64,000 nt of DNA from Alphaproteobacteria bacterium (GTDB lineage Bacteria; Pseudomonadota; Alphaproteobacteria; MPNO01; UBA830). The stretch is taken from assembly GCA_964291215.2 (NCBI GenBank), contig OZ219790.1:1632001-1696000 (forward strand). Direction: 5' to 3'. Position 1 is the stretch's first letter. The number at the start of each line of letters is the position of its first letter. A program made the position numbers and the translations under genes. This document shows positions 1 through 10,367 of this stretch, one piece after another. The notes under the pieces are model-generated. The model saw only the letters and a program-made list of their open reading frames with translations. It was not told where the DNA came from and made no database searches.

Positions 1-1159
1 TCCGGAAAGCGAAACTCTCGTCCGCCGGCGGGCGGATCACTGGAAACCACTCGCGCGCGTCCAAGGCCGTTGGCCGGAAGAACATCTGGATGTCGGGCAG
101 TTCGAGTTCAGGGCGGCTCTTGAAGAAGCCGGTCAGCGACGACGGCGGCAGGGCGACCGGACCCCTCCCGAAGAACATGGCGCGGATCGCATTCAGGAAA
201 AGCCGGTCCATCCGCAGGTGCTCGTGGAATCGCGACGGCGTCGCATATTCATATTCGACGCCGATCGCAGGATGGTCCTGCAGGTTTCCGCCGACCTGGG
301 GCAGTTCATGCCTGGTCTCGATGCCGATCTCCGCAAGATGGTCCCCGGGACCGATCCCGGACAGCATCAGGACCTGAGGCGAGTTGATGGCGCCTCCCGA
401 CAGGATCACCTCGCGCTCCGCACCGACTCGTCTGGTCTCTCCGCCGATGACGTATTCGACGCCGACCGCCTGACCATCCTCGAGCAGGATCCGCGTCACA
501 TGCGCACCGGTCTCCACCTTGACGTTGGATCTCTGCATCGCAGGCCGCAGATAGGCGACCGCCATGCTCTGCCGCCGGCCCCGGTCGACATTGATCTGGA
601 GACGGGCGACACCGTCCTGGACGGCGCCGTTGTAGTCCGGCGTCTGCGGGTATCCGGCGGAGCGCGCAGCGTCGAAGAAGGTGTCGATGATCGGATCGGC
701 AATCGGCGTCGTGCGGATCTTCCACGGACCGTCCGCCCCATGATAGGGGTTGTCACGGCCCTCGAACGACTCCGCCCGCCTGAAATACGGCAGCACGTCG
801 TCGTAGGACCAGCCGCCGAGCCCGGTCTGCCGCCACCGGTCGAAGTCTCCCCGGTTGCCGCGCACATAGGCCATCATGTTTATCGACGACCCGCCGCCAA
901 GCACCTTGCCGCGGGGATGGAAGATCTGACGCCCCCCGAGATGAGGTTCGGGTTCTGACATGTAGGACCAGTTGAAACGCGGGTCGTTCCATACCTTGCC
1001 GACACCGAGCGGCAGGTGAATCAGCATGCTGCGGTCGCGGATACCAGCTTCCAGAACGAGAACCCGGCTGTTTCCGTCCTCGCTCAGCCGGTGTGCAAGC
1101 ACGCATCCCGCGGATCCGGCGCCGACGATCACGAAATCGAAGCTCTCTGACGGTGGCAC
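1..1159 (-). CDS. GMC oxidoreductase (choline dehydrogenase-like), runs off the window start
   Basis: Minus strand from GTG 1159 (GGAG RBS upstream) reads [22 protein letters not shown]...[19 protein letters not shown], the GMC FAD-binding motifs. It is not in the ORF track because the stop is outside the window. Confidence 0.9.
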   Translation of the reverse strand, partial: MPPSESFDFVIVGAGSAGCVLAHRLSEDGNSRVLVLEAGIRDRSMLIHLPLGVGKVWNDPRFNWSYMSEPEPHLGGRQIFHPRGKVLGGGSSINMMAYVRGNRGDFDRWRQTGLGGWSYDDVLPYFRRAESFEGRDNPYHGADGPWKIRTTPIADPIIDTFFDAARSAGYPQTPDYNGAVQDGVARLQINVDRGRRQSMAVAYLRPAMQRSNVKVETGAHVTRILLEDGQAVGVEYVIGGETRRVGAEREVILSGGAINSPQVLMLSGIGPGDHLAEIGIETRHELPQVGGNLQDHPAIGVEYEYATPSRFHEHLRMDRLFLNAIRAMFFGRGPVALPPSSLTGFFKSRPELELPDIQMFFRPTALDAREWFPVIRPPADESFAFR

Positions 1160-1406
1160 GGTGGAAATTCTCCTGCAAAGCGTGATTCGCACGGCATCCG
1201 CACCTTGGCAAGGCTACCAGAATTCCCCCGGTGCCACAATTCGCCATGACCGGCCGGACGCGCCTCACCGTCTCCGCGGAATGCCGTGACGGGTTCTGGC
1301 AGCGGCCGGCGAAAAACCGCGGGGAAGCGCGGTTTGTGACATGCCGGCGAACGTCGGGACTCTTCCGGAGCACACTCCCCGGCCGGGCGCTGTTCGGCGA
1401 AAGGTC

Positions 1407-1483
1407 TGGCGCGCCCGGAAGGATTCGAACCCTCGACCTGCGGATTAGAAGTCCGCTGCTCTATCCGGCTGAGCTACGGGCGC
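1407..1483 (-). tRNA. tRNA-Arg(TCT)
   Basis: Reverse complement GCGCCCGTAGCTCAG...GCGGA-CTTCTAA-TCCGC...GGTTCGAATCC...CCA folds as a cloverleaf with anticodon TCT. Confidence 0.96.
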
Positions 1484-1645
1484 CTAGTGCCATCATCGCT
1501 CCATAGCACAATGGCGACGAGGATGGGAGCGAGCGGCGCAGATCCACGACGGCTCAGCCAGCATGCGCCGCACTACCGATCCTGTATATTTGGTTCCTCT
1601 GGCGGGCGGATCCGCCACTTGAACAGCGACGGAAGGATGACGGCA

Positions 1646-2413
1646 ATGGGCGGAAGGATTGACGGAAAGAGAACGCTGATCGTGGGCGGCGGCGGTGGTA
1701 TTGGCGGCGCAACCGCCAAACGGTTTCACACCGAGGGTGCCAGCGTCGCCATCATCGATGTCGATGCCGAGGCCGGCGTGCGTATGGCGGACGCGCTTCG
1801 GGAGAGTTCCGGTAGCGGCAGGGTCCTGACGCTCGCAACCGACATCGGCGAGCCCGGCGCCGCGAAGGAGGCCGTAGACCAGGCCGCCGCCGAACTCGGA
1901 GGCCTTGACATCACCGTTCATTCCGCAGCCGCCCGCGAGGCGACAGCCACCATCGAGGAGTTGGCCGTCGAGGAATGGCACGAGGTCGTACGCGTAAACC
2001 TCACGAGCATGTTCTATCTCTGCAAATACGCGCTTCCTCACCTGCGCGCCGACGGCGGCGGCGTGATCATCAACATCGCCTCCCAATTCGGCAGTGTCGC
2101 GACGGCCGGGCGTCCCGCCTATCACGCGACAAAGGGTGCCGTCATTCAACTCACCCGCGCGCTAGCTGTCGAGAACGCAACCGACGGCATCCGCGCAGTC
2201 AGCATCTCTCCTGGGGCCATCGAGACCAACCGCCTTCTGGCCCGCCACAAGACCTTCGAACGGGTGCGCGAGCGGCTTGTGCCCGGACATCCGATCGGAC
2301 GGCTGGGCCAGCCCGAGGAGATCGCGAACGCCGTCCTGTTCGCCGCCAGCGATGAGGCCGCGTTCATGACGGGATCCGATCTTCTGGTCGACGGCGGATA
2401 CACCGCCGTCTGA
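1646..2413 (+). CDS. SDR family NAD(P)-dependent oxidoreductase
   Basis: GGGGGIG Rossmann motif, IINIAS, YHATK catalytic motif, C-terminal TGSDLLVDGG. Start 1637 is also possible. Confidence 0.9.
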   Translation: MGGRIDGKRTLIVGGGGGIGGATAKRFHTEGASVAIIDVDAEAGVRMADALRESSGSGRVLTLATDIGEPGAAKEAVDQAAAELGGLDITVHSAAAREATATIEELAVEEWHEVVRVNLTSMFYLCKYALPHLRADGGGVIINIASQFGSVATAGRPAYHATKGAVIQLTRALAVENATDGIRAVSISPGAIETNRLLARHKTFERVRERLVPGHPIGRLGQPEEIANAVLFAASDEAAFMTGSDLLVDGGYTAV

Positions 2414-2518
2414 CGGGGCGGGAACGGACGGGCCCGTCCGCGAGCCGCGGAACCGGTCTTCGGCCCCCGCCCGCTTCCCCCTGGACAGAATCCGCTGCTT
2501 TCGCCATTCTCCGCCGCC

Positions 2519-3610
2519 ATGCCGCCTATCGCATATTTTCCGGCCGACTATCGCAGCGGGCGCGCCGCCTTCCGCGCCGCGGCCGCAACCGCAGGAGCGC
2601 GGCTCACCAGCTACATGGCGCCGTCGACGGGGCCGGACGGCAAACCACTCCATACCGACGTCGCAGTCATCGGCGCCGAGGACGCACCCCATGTCCTGAT
2701 ATGCAATTCCGCAACACACGGCGTCGAGGGTTTCTGCGGTTCCGGCGTATTCACCGGCTGGCTCGATTGCAACGGCGTCGCGCAGCTTCCAGACTCCGTC
2801 AAGGTCGTACTGATCCACGCTCTAAACTGCCACGGTTTTGCGTGGCTGCGGCGCGTGACCGAGGAGAATGTCGATCTCAACCGGAACTTCGTCGATCATT
2901 CCGCGACACTTCCCGCAAATTCCGAATACCGCCAGTTCCACACAGTGCTGCTCCCGGACAGGTGGGATGATCAGTCGACTGCGCCGATGATCGCCGCGTT
3001 CGAGCGCTATTCGGCCAAGCACTCACCCTTCCGGCTGCAATGCGTCCTGACCGCCGGCCAGTACGAGTACGAGGACGGCATCTTCTATGGCGGGCGGCAG
3101 GAGACGGCGGCGCGCCGACGTTTTCTCAAGATCATCGACGCGCACGCGTCCGGGGCCAGCCACCTCTTCTTCCTTGACTGGCACACCGGTCTCGGGGAGT
3201 ACGGGGCTGCCGAGCTGATCGGGCAGACCCGCCCGGGAACCGCGCATGGCGACCGGGTGTCGCGATGGTTCGTCACCGGTCTGACCTCGACGAAGGACGG
3301 AACATCGTCCTCGGCACCGGTCTCGGGCACCATCGGTTCCGGGCTGCGCCGCCGGCTGGCCGCAGCGCCTACAGAGGTTACGAGCCTGACGGTCGAGTTC
3401 GGAACCTACCCGCCACGCGATGTCCTGATGCCGATCATTGCTGACAACTGGCTGCATCTCAGAGGCGATCCCGGCGACGGGACCGGCCGCAGCATCAAGG
3501 CCGGCATCCGCAGGGCGCTCTATCCCGACCATGATGACTGGAAGGAACTCGTGTGGATGCGCGGACGCGAGATCATGAACCAGGCCATCGAGGGGCTTGG
3601 CAGCCTCTGA
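2519..3610 (+). CDS. DUF2817 / M14-like metallopeptidase
   Basis: SATHGVEGFCGS, RRVTEENVDLNRN, LDWHTGLG and VEFGT motifs. Confidence 0.8.
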   Translation: MPPIAYFPADYRSGRAAFRAAAATAGARLTSYMAPSTGPDGKPLHTDVAVIGAEDAPHVLICNSATHGVEGFCGSGVFTGWLDCNGVAQLPDSVKVVLIHALNCHGFAWLRRVTEENVDLNRNFVDHSATLPANSEYRQFHTVLLPDRWDDQSTAPMIAAFERYSAKHSPFRLQCVLTAGQYEYEDGIFYGGRQETAARRRFLKIIDAHASGASHLFFLDWHTGLGEYGAAELIGQTRPGTAHGDRVSRWFVTGLTSTKDGTSSSAPVSGTIGSGLRRRLAAAPTEVTSLTVEFGTYPPRDVLMPIIADNWLHLRGDPGDGTGRSIKAGIRRALYPDHDDWKELVWMRGREIMNQAIEGLGSL

Positions 3611-3620
3611 CGGCGAACGT

Positions 3621-3929
3621 TCAGTGCGTCCAGTTGTTTTCGCGTCCGAAACGGAAATTGTCGGAATAGCTCTTCGGCTGCGGCGCACGTGTCCGGGGCT
3701 CGATCACCTGGTAGTCGAGCCCTTCACGCTCGCAAAACGCGATCGCATTCTCTCGACTGTCGAAGACCATGCGCAACTGGTTCCTGGTGTCGCCCCGACC
3801 AGCCCAGCCCATAAGCGGATCGCTGACCTGACGGGCACCTGGCTCGAACTCCACGAGCCAGTTCCGCGTCCGCGCCCGGCCGGACTGCATCGCCGTCTTG
3901 CGGGGCTGGTAGATCCGTACCGCCACCAT
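3621..3929 (-). CDS. ETC complex I subunit (NDUFS4-like accessory protein)
   Basis: RIYQPRKTAMQSG...DPLMGW...F.S.E.AIAF...KSYSDNF. Confidence 0.88.
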   Translation of the reverse strand: MVAVRIYQPRKTAMQSGRARTRNWLVEFEPGARQVSDPLMGWAGRGDTRNQLRMVFDSRENAIAFCEREGLDYQVIEPRTRAPQPKSYSDNFRFGRENNWTH

Positions 3930-4137
3930 CCCGTCCCGTTCCGTCTCGATTACCGTCGCGCTTATAATCCCACAGCCGCAGACGAGGTCAAGTTGCACGA
4001 AACTGTTGCAAATGCTAACCTTTCAAATGTTGACCTACGGCAGGCGGAAGCGCTGGCGCTTGAGCGTCGCCAAACGGCTATGCTGCCGGATGCCTATTAT
4101 GTGCGCCTGCTGCGCACCCCAGATGGAGAGCCCTTTC

Positions 4138-5175
4138 ATGCAATTCAGAAAACTCGTACCGCTTGCCGGCGGCGTTCTCGCCGCGACCGCCATTCTGGCG
4201 GCACCGGCTAAGGCTGCCGACTTCGACTTTGCCGGCAAGCAGATCAAGCTGGTGATCGGCTTCGGCTTCGGCGGCACCTACGGCAAGTACACGCGGATGT
4301 TCGCCGAGCATCTGAAGAAACACATCCCGGGCACCCCGAACATCATCGTCGAATCGCGGCCCGGCGCCGGCGGCGTGCTGGCCACCAACTACGCGGCCAA
4401 GGCGATGCCCGCAAACGGTCTCAACTATCTCGTGCCGCCAGACAGTTCGGTCATCGTGCAGCTCATGCGTCCCAAGAAGGCCAAGTTCGACATGAGCAAG
4501 TTCACCTGGATCGGCAGCGCCAACCAGACCAACGTGATCATGGTCGTGCGCAGCGACACCGGCGTCACCAAATGGGAGGATCTCCGCACGACCGCGGTTC
4601 CGATGGGGTCAACGGGCCTAGGCTCGACATCGACCATCATGCCGGGGCTCGTCAACCGCATGCTGGGAACGAAGATGAAGATCGTCACCGGCTACAAGGG
4701 CTCGTCGAAGACCGGCCTCGCAGTCGAGCAGGGCGAGGTGCGTGGCGCCGCGTTCAACTGGCTGTTCTGGAAGTCCAAGTACGAAAGATGGTTCCAGGGC
4801 GACAAGCCCTATGCCCGCGCCGTGCTGCAGCTCGGTCATTTCAAGGATCCGGAACTCCCGAACGTCCCCATGATGAACGACATTGCCGATCCCAAGTATC
4901 TTCCGGTCCTCAAATTCATCGGCGCGCTCGGGCTCATCGGCCGCGGCGTCGCCGCCCCGCCGGGCACTCCGAAAGGCGCCATCTCGGTGATGCGGACGGC
5001 ATGGGACAAGATGGTCGTCGATCCGGCATTCATCGCCGACGCGAAGAAGCGCAAGCTTCGCGTCATTCCGGGGAGCGGAGCCGATATCCAGAAGGTCGTC
5101 AATGACGCCATCGCAAACACTGATCAGAGTGTCGCCAAGCAGGCCGCCGCGCTCGCCTACGGCACCAAGAAATAG
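4138..5175 (+). CDS. Bug/TctC tripartite tricarboxylate transporter substrate-binding protein
   Basis: Signal peptide, GFGFGGTYG, IIVESRPGAGG, GYKGS, APPGTP. Confidence 0.85.
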   Translation: MQFRKLVPLAGGVLAATAILAAPAKAADFDFAGKQIKLVIGFGFGGTYGKYTRMFAEHLKKHIPGTPNIIVESRPGAGGVLATNYAAKAMPANGLNYLVPPDSSVIVQLMRPKKAKFDMSKFTWIGSANQTNVIMVVRSDTGVTKWEDLRTTAVPMGSTGLGSTSTIMPGLVNRMLGTKMKIVTGYKGSSKTGLAVEQGEVRGAAFNWLFWKSKYERWFQGDKPYARAVLQLGHFKDPELPNVPMMNDIADPKYLPVLKFIGALGLIGRGVAAPPGTPKGAISVMRTAWDKMVVDPAFIADAKKRKLRVIPGSGADIQKVVNDAIANTDQSVAKQAAALAYGTKK

Positions 5176-5256
5176 ACCGGCATCGGCGCTCGGTCGCCGC
5201 AGCGGTCGCGAACGGCCCTTCCCCGTGAAGGGCCGTTCGTCTTCTGGCGCAGCATC

Positions 5257-6393
5257 ATGATAACCTACAAGTACAATTCCGCCGACAACCATCTCGACCA
5301 GCGCTGGATTCCGGCAAACCTCTGGCAGAGCCGCGTTACATCGAACTTTCGCCGCAACGCCCCGAAGGTGGTCGAACGCGACGGAAGCTGGGTCTGGGAA
5401 TGGGAGGGCCGCATTTTCGGCGGTCGCGACGGCGGAAGCGCCGACAGCCCCGACAACCGGCGCATTCTCGAAGAGCATTATGGCGCGCATGCGGACGGCC
5501 TGCCGGACGGAGCGCTGCCGCCCGCCGATCCCGAGATCATCCTCCGGCACATGGACATGGCCGGAATCTGGGCCTATGTCGGCTATGCCGCGGTCCGCAA
5601 GTGGCAGGTCGGCGATGTCGCGCTGCGCCACGAGATTCACCGGGTCTACAACGACTGGATGATGGAGCTGAACGCGGTCCAGCCCGACCGTCTGCTCATG
5701 CTTCCGATCATGCCGGTATTCGATCCCGGAGCCACGCTCGTCGAGCTCGAGCGCATGAAGACGCTGGGCTGCAAGGCGGTGGAGTTTCCCGTCGCCGATC
5801 TTGCGGAGGATATCTGGGCGGAATGCTGGGATCCGTTCTGGTCAGCCTGCGAGGACGGCAACGTAACCGTGTGCAGCCACATCGGCGACAGCGCCGGTGC
5901 ACCCTATCCCCCGACCACGCGCGGCGCGCGCATGGCCTATTTCTCATGCGTGCCGTTCAGCGCCGCGAAGCCGATCTCCGAACTTGCGTATTCCGGCACC
6001 CTTATGCGCCATCCGCGGCTGCGCTACAACTATGGCGAATGCCGCGCCGGTTGGGGGCCGATGCTGCTGCAGTGGATGGACCGCCAGGCCGTCGAGCGGC
6101 CCGGCCTGTTCGCCGACACCGGGCTGAAGGACATGCCGAGCGCCTATGTCAGGCGCCAGGTGACGATCACCTACGAGGAGGACTATGTCGCAGGCATGCT
6201 GCTCCACCATCCCGAATCCGGAATGGCGGACATCCTGATGTGGGGTGCCGACTATCCCCACGGCCAGGGCGTGTGGCCGGACGCCGGTCCGGTGATGGAC
6301 CGGATGTTCGAGGGTCTCGACGACGGACTCCGCCGCAAGATCGTGTTCGACCGCTGCCTTGAGGTGTTTGACCTCGAGGGACCACCGGTGTAG
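5257..6393 (+). CDS. Amidohydrolase family protein (Amidohydro_2)
   Basis: SADNH metal motif, WDPFWSACE, MWGADYPH. Confidence 0.85.
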   Translation: MITYKYNSADNHLDQRWIPANLWQSRVTSNFRRNAPKVVERDGSWVWEWEGRIFGGRDGGSADSPDNRRILEEHYGAHADGLPDGALPPADPEIILRHMDMAGIWAYVGYAAVRKWQVGDVALRHEIHRVYNDWMMELNAVQPDRLLMLPIMPVFDPGATLVELERMKTLGCKAVEFPVADLAEDIWAECWDPFWSACEDGNVTVCSHIGDSAGAPYPPTTRGARMAYFSCVPFSAAKPISELAYSGTLMRHPRLRYNYGECRAGWGPMLLQWMDRQAVERPGLFADTGLKDMPSAYVRRQVTITYEEDYVAGMLLHHPESGMADILMWGADYPHGQGVWPDAGPVMDRMFEGLDDGLRRKIVFDRCLEVFDLEGPPV

Positions 6394-6436
6394 GGAAACA
6401 GAACTCTCCGATCGGCCGGAGAAGGAAGGGGAGACC

Positions 6437-6937
6437 ATGGCAAAGCTCAGGCACATCGCACTTTCGGTTCCGGATCCCGAGAAGGCGGCCGACTTCTACT
6501 GCGAGGCCTTCGATATGGTCCGCGTCGGCAAGACGGATTCGCCGCTTGCCAAGGGGTGCTATGTCTCGGACGGGGTGATCACGGTTGCGCTTCTCGCCTA
6601 CAAGACCGACGAATGGGCCGGCTACGTCGAAGGCGAGGACGAGCGCGGCAAGGACCATGTCGGATTGCATCACATCGGCTTCTGGGTCGACGACTTGCGC
6701 GAAGCCGAGGAAAAGATCGAGAAAGCTGGCGGCAAGTACTTCATGGGGCGTCCCGAAGACGATGCACCGAGCACCTTCTACGAGATGAAGTTCCGCGATC
6801 CGCACGGGGTGATCGTCGACTGCACCCATCTCGGATGGGGCGGTTCCGTCAAGGAGGTAATTCCGGCGGACGAGTCGGAGCGCGAGAGATTCCGGAAACG
6901 TTTCGCCGGCACGGCGATCGCAGAGGCCGCCGAATAG
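6437..6937 (+). CDS. VOC (glyoxalase/extradiol dioxygenase-like) protein
   Basis: KLRHIALSVPD, GLHHIGFWVDD, YEMKFRDPHGV. GGAG RBS before ATG 6437. Confidence 0.88.
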   Translation: MAKLRHIALSVPDPEKAADFYCEAFDMVRVGKTDSPLAKGCYVSDGVITVALLAYKTDEWAGYVEGEDERGKDHVGLHHIGFWVDDLREAEEKIEKAGGKYFMGRPEDDAPSTFYEMKFRDPHGVIVDCTHLGWGGSVKEVIPADESERERFRKRFAGTAIAEAAE

Positions 6938-6968
6938 CGAGCGGGACCGCGCCGAATCGGGCACCAGT

Positions 6969-7979
6969 TCACTCCGGGGCCAGACCTCCGGTCGGGGGCA
7001 GCGGGATGCCGCGGCCTGCGGTACGAGCGGCCTCGTAGATGTGGTGGCAGACGGCCACATCGTGCGAAACCAGACCCGCAGTGTGAATCAGCACGCGCTC
7101 GCTGTCGCGCTCGCGTCCGGCAACCCTCTCTGTGACGACATCGCAGATCTCGCCGTGGAGGCGCTCGCGCGGAAATTGCCCGTCACCAACCATCTGCACG
7201 AACTCCGGATACAGCATGTTGGTGTTCCAGTCATCGACCACGACTTTGTCGAACGCTGACCAGCCCCCCGGATCCATCTCCCGCCGCGCCAGCGAGATGT
7301 AGACGGCACCAGGTTTGACCCACCCCTCGCGGGCGTTGATGTCATTCGATGTGGTGCCACCGACGCAGATGTCGGCCGGACGCACCACCTTCTCGATCGA
7401 ATCGACGGCGTCGACCACGATCCCAAGCCGGGATGACCAGTCGGCAGCGAATTTCTCGCGGGTCTCGTGCCGCCGCGAAGTACAGACGATCCTCTCGAAA
7501 TCGTAGAGTGTCAACAGGCACCGGAGCGCGTTGACCCCCATCGTCCCGACGCCGACCAGCCCCAGCACGCGCGGTGCAGCTGGCCCGAGCCAGCGTAACG
7601 CAAGAACGGCCGCCGCCGCACTCCGGATCGCATAGGACCAGTGTTCCTCGACGATCGCCTGTGCCCGGCCTGTAGCGGGATCGGACAGCGTCACATAGCG
7701 CGTGCAATCCAGCTGGCCGACGGTGTTGCGCACACCATCGTCGTAATAGTTGTACATGCGCACGCCCGACGCCGGGATGTCGGGAAGGAAAGCCCCCTTC
7801 ACATGCCAGTGGTTATGCCATGGGGCGGAGGTGTCGATACGCCAAGACAGCGGCGTCGACCATTGCACGGTTCCCCGGGCGTGCATGCGATAGACATCCT
7901 CGCAGATCCGCATCGCGTCCTAGACTCCGAGAAGGTCTAGCGTCTCGCGATAGGGTACGAACAGGACGCCGTCGGGCAT
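6969..7979 (-). CDS. Ornithine cyclodeaminase/mu-crystallin family protein with an in-frame TAG at codon 20 (possible pseudogene or restart at 7913)
   Basis: IRSAAAA, GLVGVGTMG, TAGLVSHD. AAAGGAG RBS precedes ATG 7979, with TAG at 7922-7920. Confidence 0.75.
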
Positions 7980-8012
7980 CTCGTCTCCTTTTGCCGATCC
8001 GGCCGGCCCGGA

Positions 8013-8372
8013 TCAGCTGTCGATCACGAAGTCGAAACTGTCGCCGGCCGGCGCATAGATCTCGAACAGTTCAAGCTCGCCTTCGCCAGCATTGGTAAGC
8101 GAATGCCGCAACCCCGCCGGAATGTAGACCACGTCGTCCTCGCGAATCGTGTGGTTCTTCCCTTCAACCACCAGAAGGCCCGTTCCGCGTTTGACGATAT
8201 AGACATTGTCAGATGAGGTGTGACGGTGATAACGGCCACCCGGCTCGCCGGCGCGAAGCAGGTTAAGATGGACATCGACCGCAGCGACATCGACGAAGCG
8301 CTTCTGGAGGCCGCGTCCCCGCGGCATGGCGACGGCCTCCGCCTCATCGCCACGCACTATCCTGAATTCCAA
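8013..8372 (-). CDS. Cupin domain protein
   Basis: YHRH...YIVKRGTG...IPAGLRHSLTN cupin motifs. GGGAGG RBS before TTG. Confidence 0.82.
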   Translation of the reverse strand: MEFRIVRGDEAEAVAMPRGRGLQKRFVDVAAVDVHLNLLRAGEPGGRYHRHTSSDNVYIVKRGTGLLVVEGKNHTIREDDVVYIPAGLRHSLTNAGEGELELFEIYAPAGDSFDFVIDS

Positions 8373-8391
8373 CGCCGGCCTCCCAGCCACG

Positions 8392-9351
8392 CTACATCCG
8401 GAGCAGCTGCTCCGCGTTCCCGGAAAGGACCTTTCTCTTGTCCTCTGCTGAAAGCGGAAACGCCTCGATCCAGTCGGCGCCGGCCTTGTTGGAAGCAAAC
8501 GGATAATCGATCGAGTACATGATTCGGTCGATGCCGAGCTCCGCGATCGAACAGGTCATGGCGGTATCCGAGAAGTTACCGCTTGTCGTAACGTGGACGT
8601 GCCTGCAGAAGATTTCGCGGAACGAATAGTCCTTGCCGCGGCTGAGGGCGTCGTTGATGCGCCACAGCAGGAACGGTAGCCCCTCGCCGAGATGCCCGAT
8701 GATCACCTGCAGTTTCGGATGAGCGTCGAACACGCCGCTGAGCACCATGCGGATGCCCTGCGTGGCGGTCTCCACGGTAAAGCCCCAGCCAGCCGTGAGC
8801 AGCGCCGGGTGGTCACCAACATAGTCGGCGTAATACGCCTTGACGACATCGGGATGCGGTATCGCGGGATGCAGGTAGATCGGCACGTCAATCGCCTCGG
8901 CGCGCTCGAAGATCGGCCAGAATTCCGGAAGGTCGATGAACTTGCCATGGGTCAGGCCGTGGACCATGCCGCCCTTGAATCCGAAGTCCGATACGGCCCG
9001 CTCAAGCTCGTCGGCCGCGGCCCGCGGATCCGGCGTCGGCAGCGTCGCGAACCCGGCAAAACGTTCCGGATGGCGCCGCACCGTTTCGTAGAGGCGATCG
9101 TTCGCTTCACGGGCAAGCGCAACCGAGCTTTCCGCGTCGAATCGCTGCACCCCCGGCGCGCCTTGCGAAAGCACCTGGACATCGATACCTGCCGCATCCA
9201 TTTCCCGGATCCGGAGGTCGTCGAGATCGTCCAGCCGGTTGCGCACGGGCGTGCCCTCGAATCCCGTGTTCGCATCGTATCTTGCAGCAATGCTCGGGTC
9301 GAAATAGTGCTCCTCGAGCGCAATCACCCGGTATCCGTCACTGCTCGCCAT
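8392..9351 (-). CDS. Amidohydrolase-fold decarboxylase (ACMSD / 2,3-dihydroxybenzoate decarboxylase-like)
   Basis: IALEEH, PIYLHP, IIGHLGEGLPF, TTSGNF, YSIDYPF. Confidence 0.88.
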   Translation of the reverse strand: MASSDGYRVIALEEHYFDPSIAARYDANTGFEGTPVRNRLDDLDDLRIREMDAAGIDVQVLSQGAPGVQRFDAESSVALAREANDRLYETVRRHPERFAGFATLPTPDPRAAADELERAVSDFGFKGGMVHGLTHGKFIDLPEFWPIFERAEAIDVPIYLHPAIPHPDVVKAYYADYVGDHPALLTAGWGFTVETATQGIRMVLSGVFDAHPKLQVIIGHLGEGLPFLLWRINDALSRGKDYSFREIFCRHVHVTTSGNFSDTAMTCSIAELGIDRIMYSIDYPFASNKAGADWIEAFPLSAEDKRKVLSGNAEQLLRM

Positions 9352-9479
9352 CGGCGCCTCCCGCTGTTCGCGCAAGCTCACGCCCGCCAGTCTACCAAGC
9401 GCCCCCTCGGGTGTCAGCCTCGCCACGGCAGCGACGGCAGATTTGACAGCCGTGCCGCTCCGCAGGATTCTTCACCTTC

Positions 9480-10367
9480 ATGATTCCCTCCCACATCGCT
9501 CTGCCCGTCATCGTCATGACGGTATGGGCCTCCAACATCGTTGCCGCGCGACACACCGTCCTGGAAATGCCGGGGTGGCTGGTGATCACCGTCCGCATGG
9601 CCGTGCTCGCGACGCTGCTCATTCCCTTCGTGCGTTTCCCGCGCGCCCATCTCGGCAGGATATTCGCGCTTTCGATCACGATGGGGACAGGTCATTTCGG
9701 CCTGATGTTCGTCGCTCTCCAGCGCGTCGACGCAGCGCCAGCAGCGCTGCTGATACAGACGGCGGTCCCCTTCGCCGCGCCCCTGACCTGGATTCTTTAC
9801 CGCGAACCCCTTGGCTGGCTCCGCGCCGCCGGGATCGCTGGCGCCTTCGCCGGCGTTGCGCTGCTCGTCGGCGGACCCGATGCACCTGCCGGCGTTCCCC
9901 TGTCCGCCGCCGCCATGGTCCTCGCTTCGGCCTTCTTCTTCGCGATTGCCAACATCCAGCTTCGTGGCCTCGGCGAGGTCAATGTCTTCGCGGTCAACGG
10001 CTGGATGGCGGTCTTCGCCGTGCCTCAGATGGCGATCTTGTCACTGCTGCTCGAAAACGACCAGATCGCGGCGCTCTCCGACACCTCCCTTCCGGCAACG
10101 CTCGCCATTCTTCACATGAGCATCGTCGTGAGCATCCTTGGCCATGGCCTGTGGTACCATCTGGTGCCCAAGTACCGGACCAACCAAATCATGCCCCTGA
10201 CCCTGCTAATTCCCGTATTCGGTGTGACGTTCGGCATCGTGCTTCTGGACGAAGGCGTCACCTGGCGCGTCTTCGTCGACGGGCTGATCACGATCGCCGG
10301 TGTCGCCACCGTGATGTTCGACGGCACGCAGAAAGGCGAGGGTCGGGAACAGCAGGCGGCGCCATGA
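9480..10367 (+). CDS. EamA/DMT family transporter
   Basis: About 10 hydrophobic segments arranged as two EamA repeats. Confidence 0.82.
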   Translation: MIPSHIALPVIVMTVWASNIVAARHTVLEMPGWLVITVRMAVLATLLIPFVRFPRAHLGRIFALSITMGTGHFGLMFVALQRVDAAPAALLIQTAVPFAAPLTWILYREPLGWLRAAGIAGAFAGVALLVGGPDAPAGVPLSAAAMVLASAFFFAIANIQLRGLGEVNVFAVNGWMAVFAVPQMAILSLLLENDQIAALSDTSLPATLAILHMSIVVSILGHGLWYHLVPKYRTNQIMPLTLLIPVFGVTFGIVLLDEGVTWRVFVDGLITIAGVATVMFDGTQKGEGREQQAAP

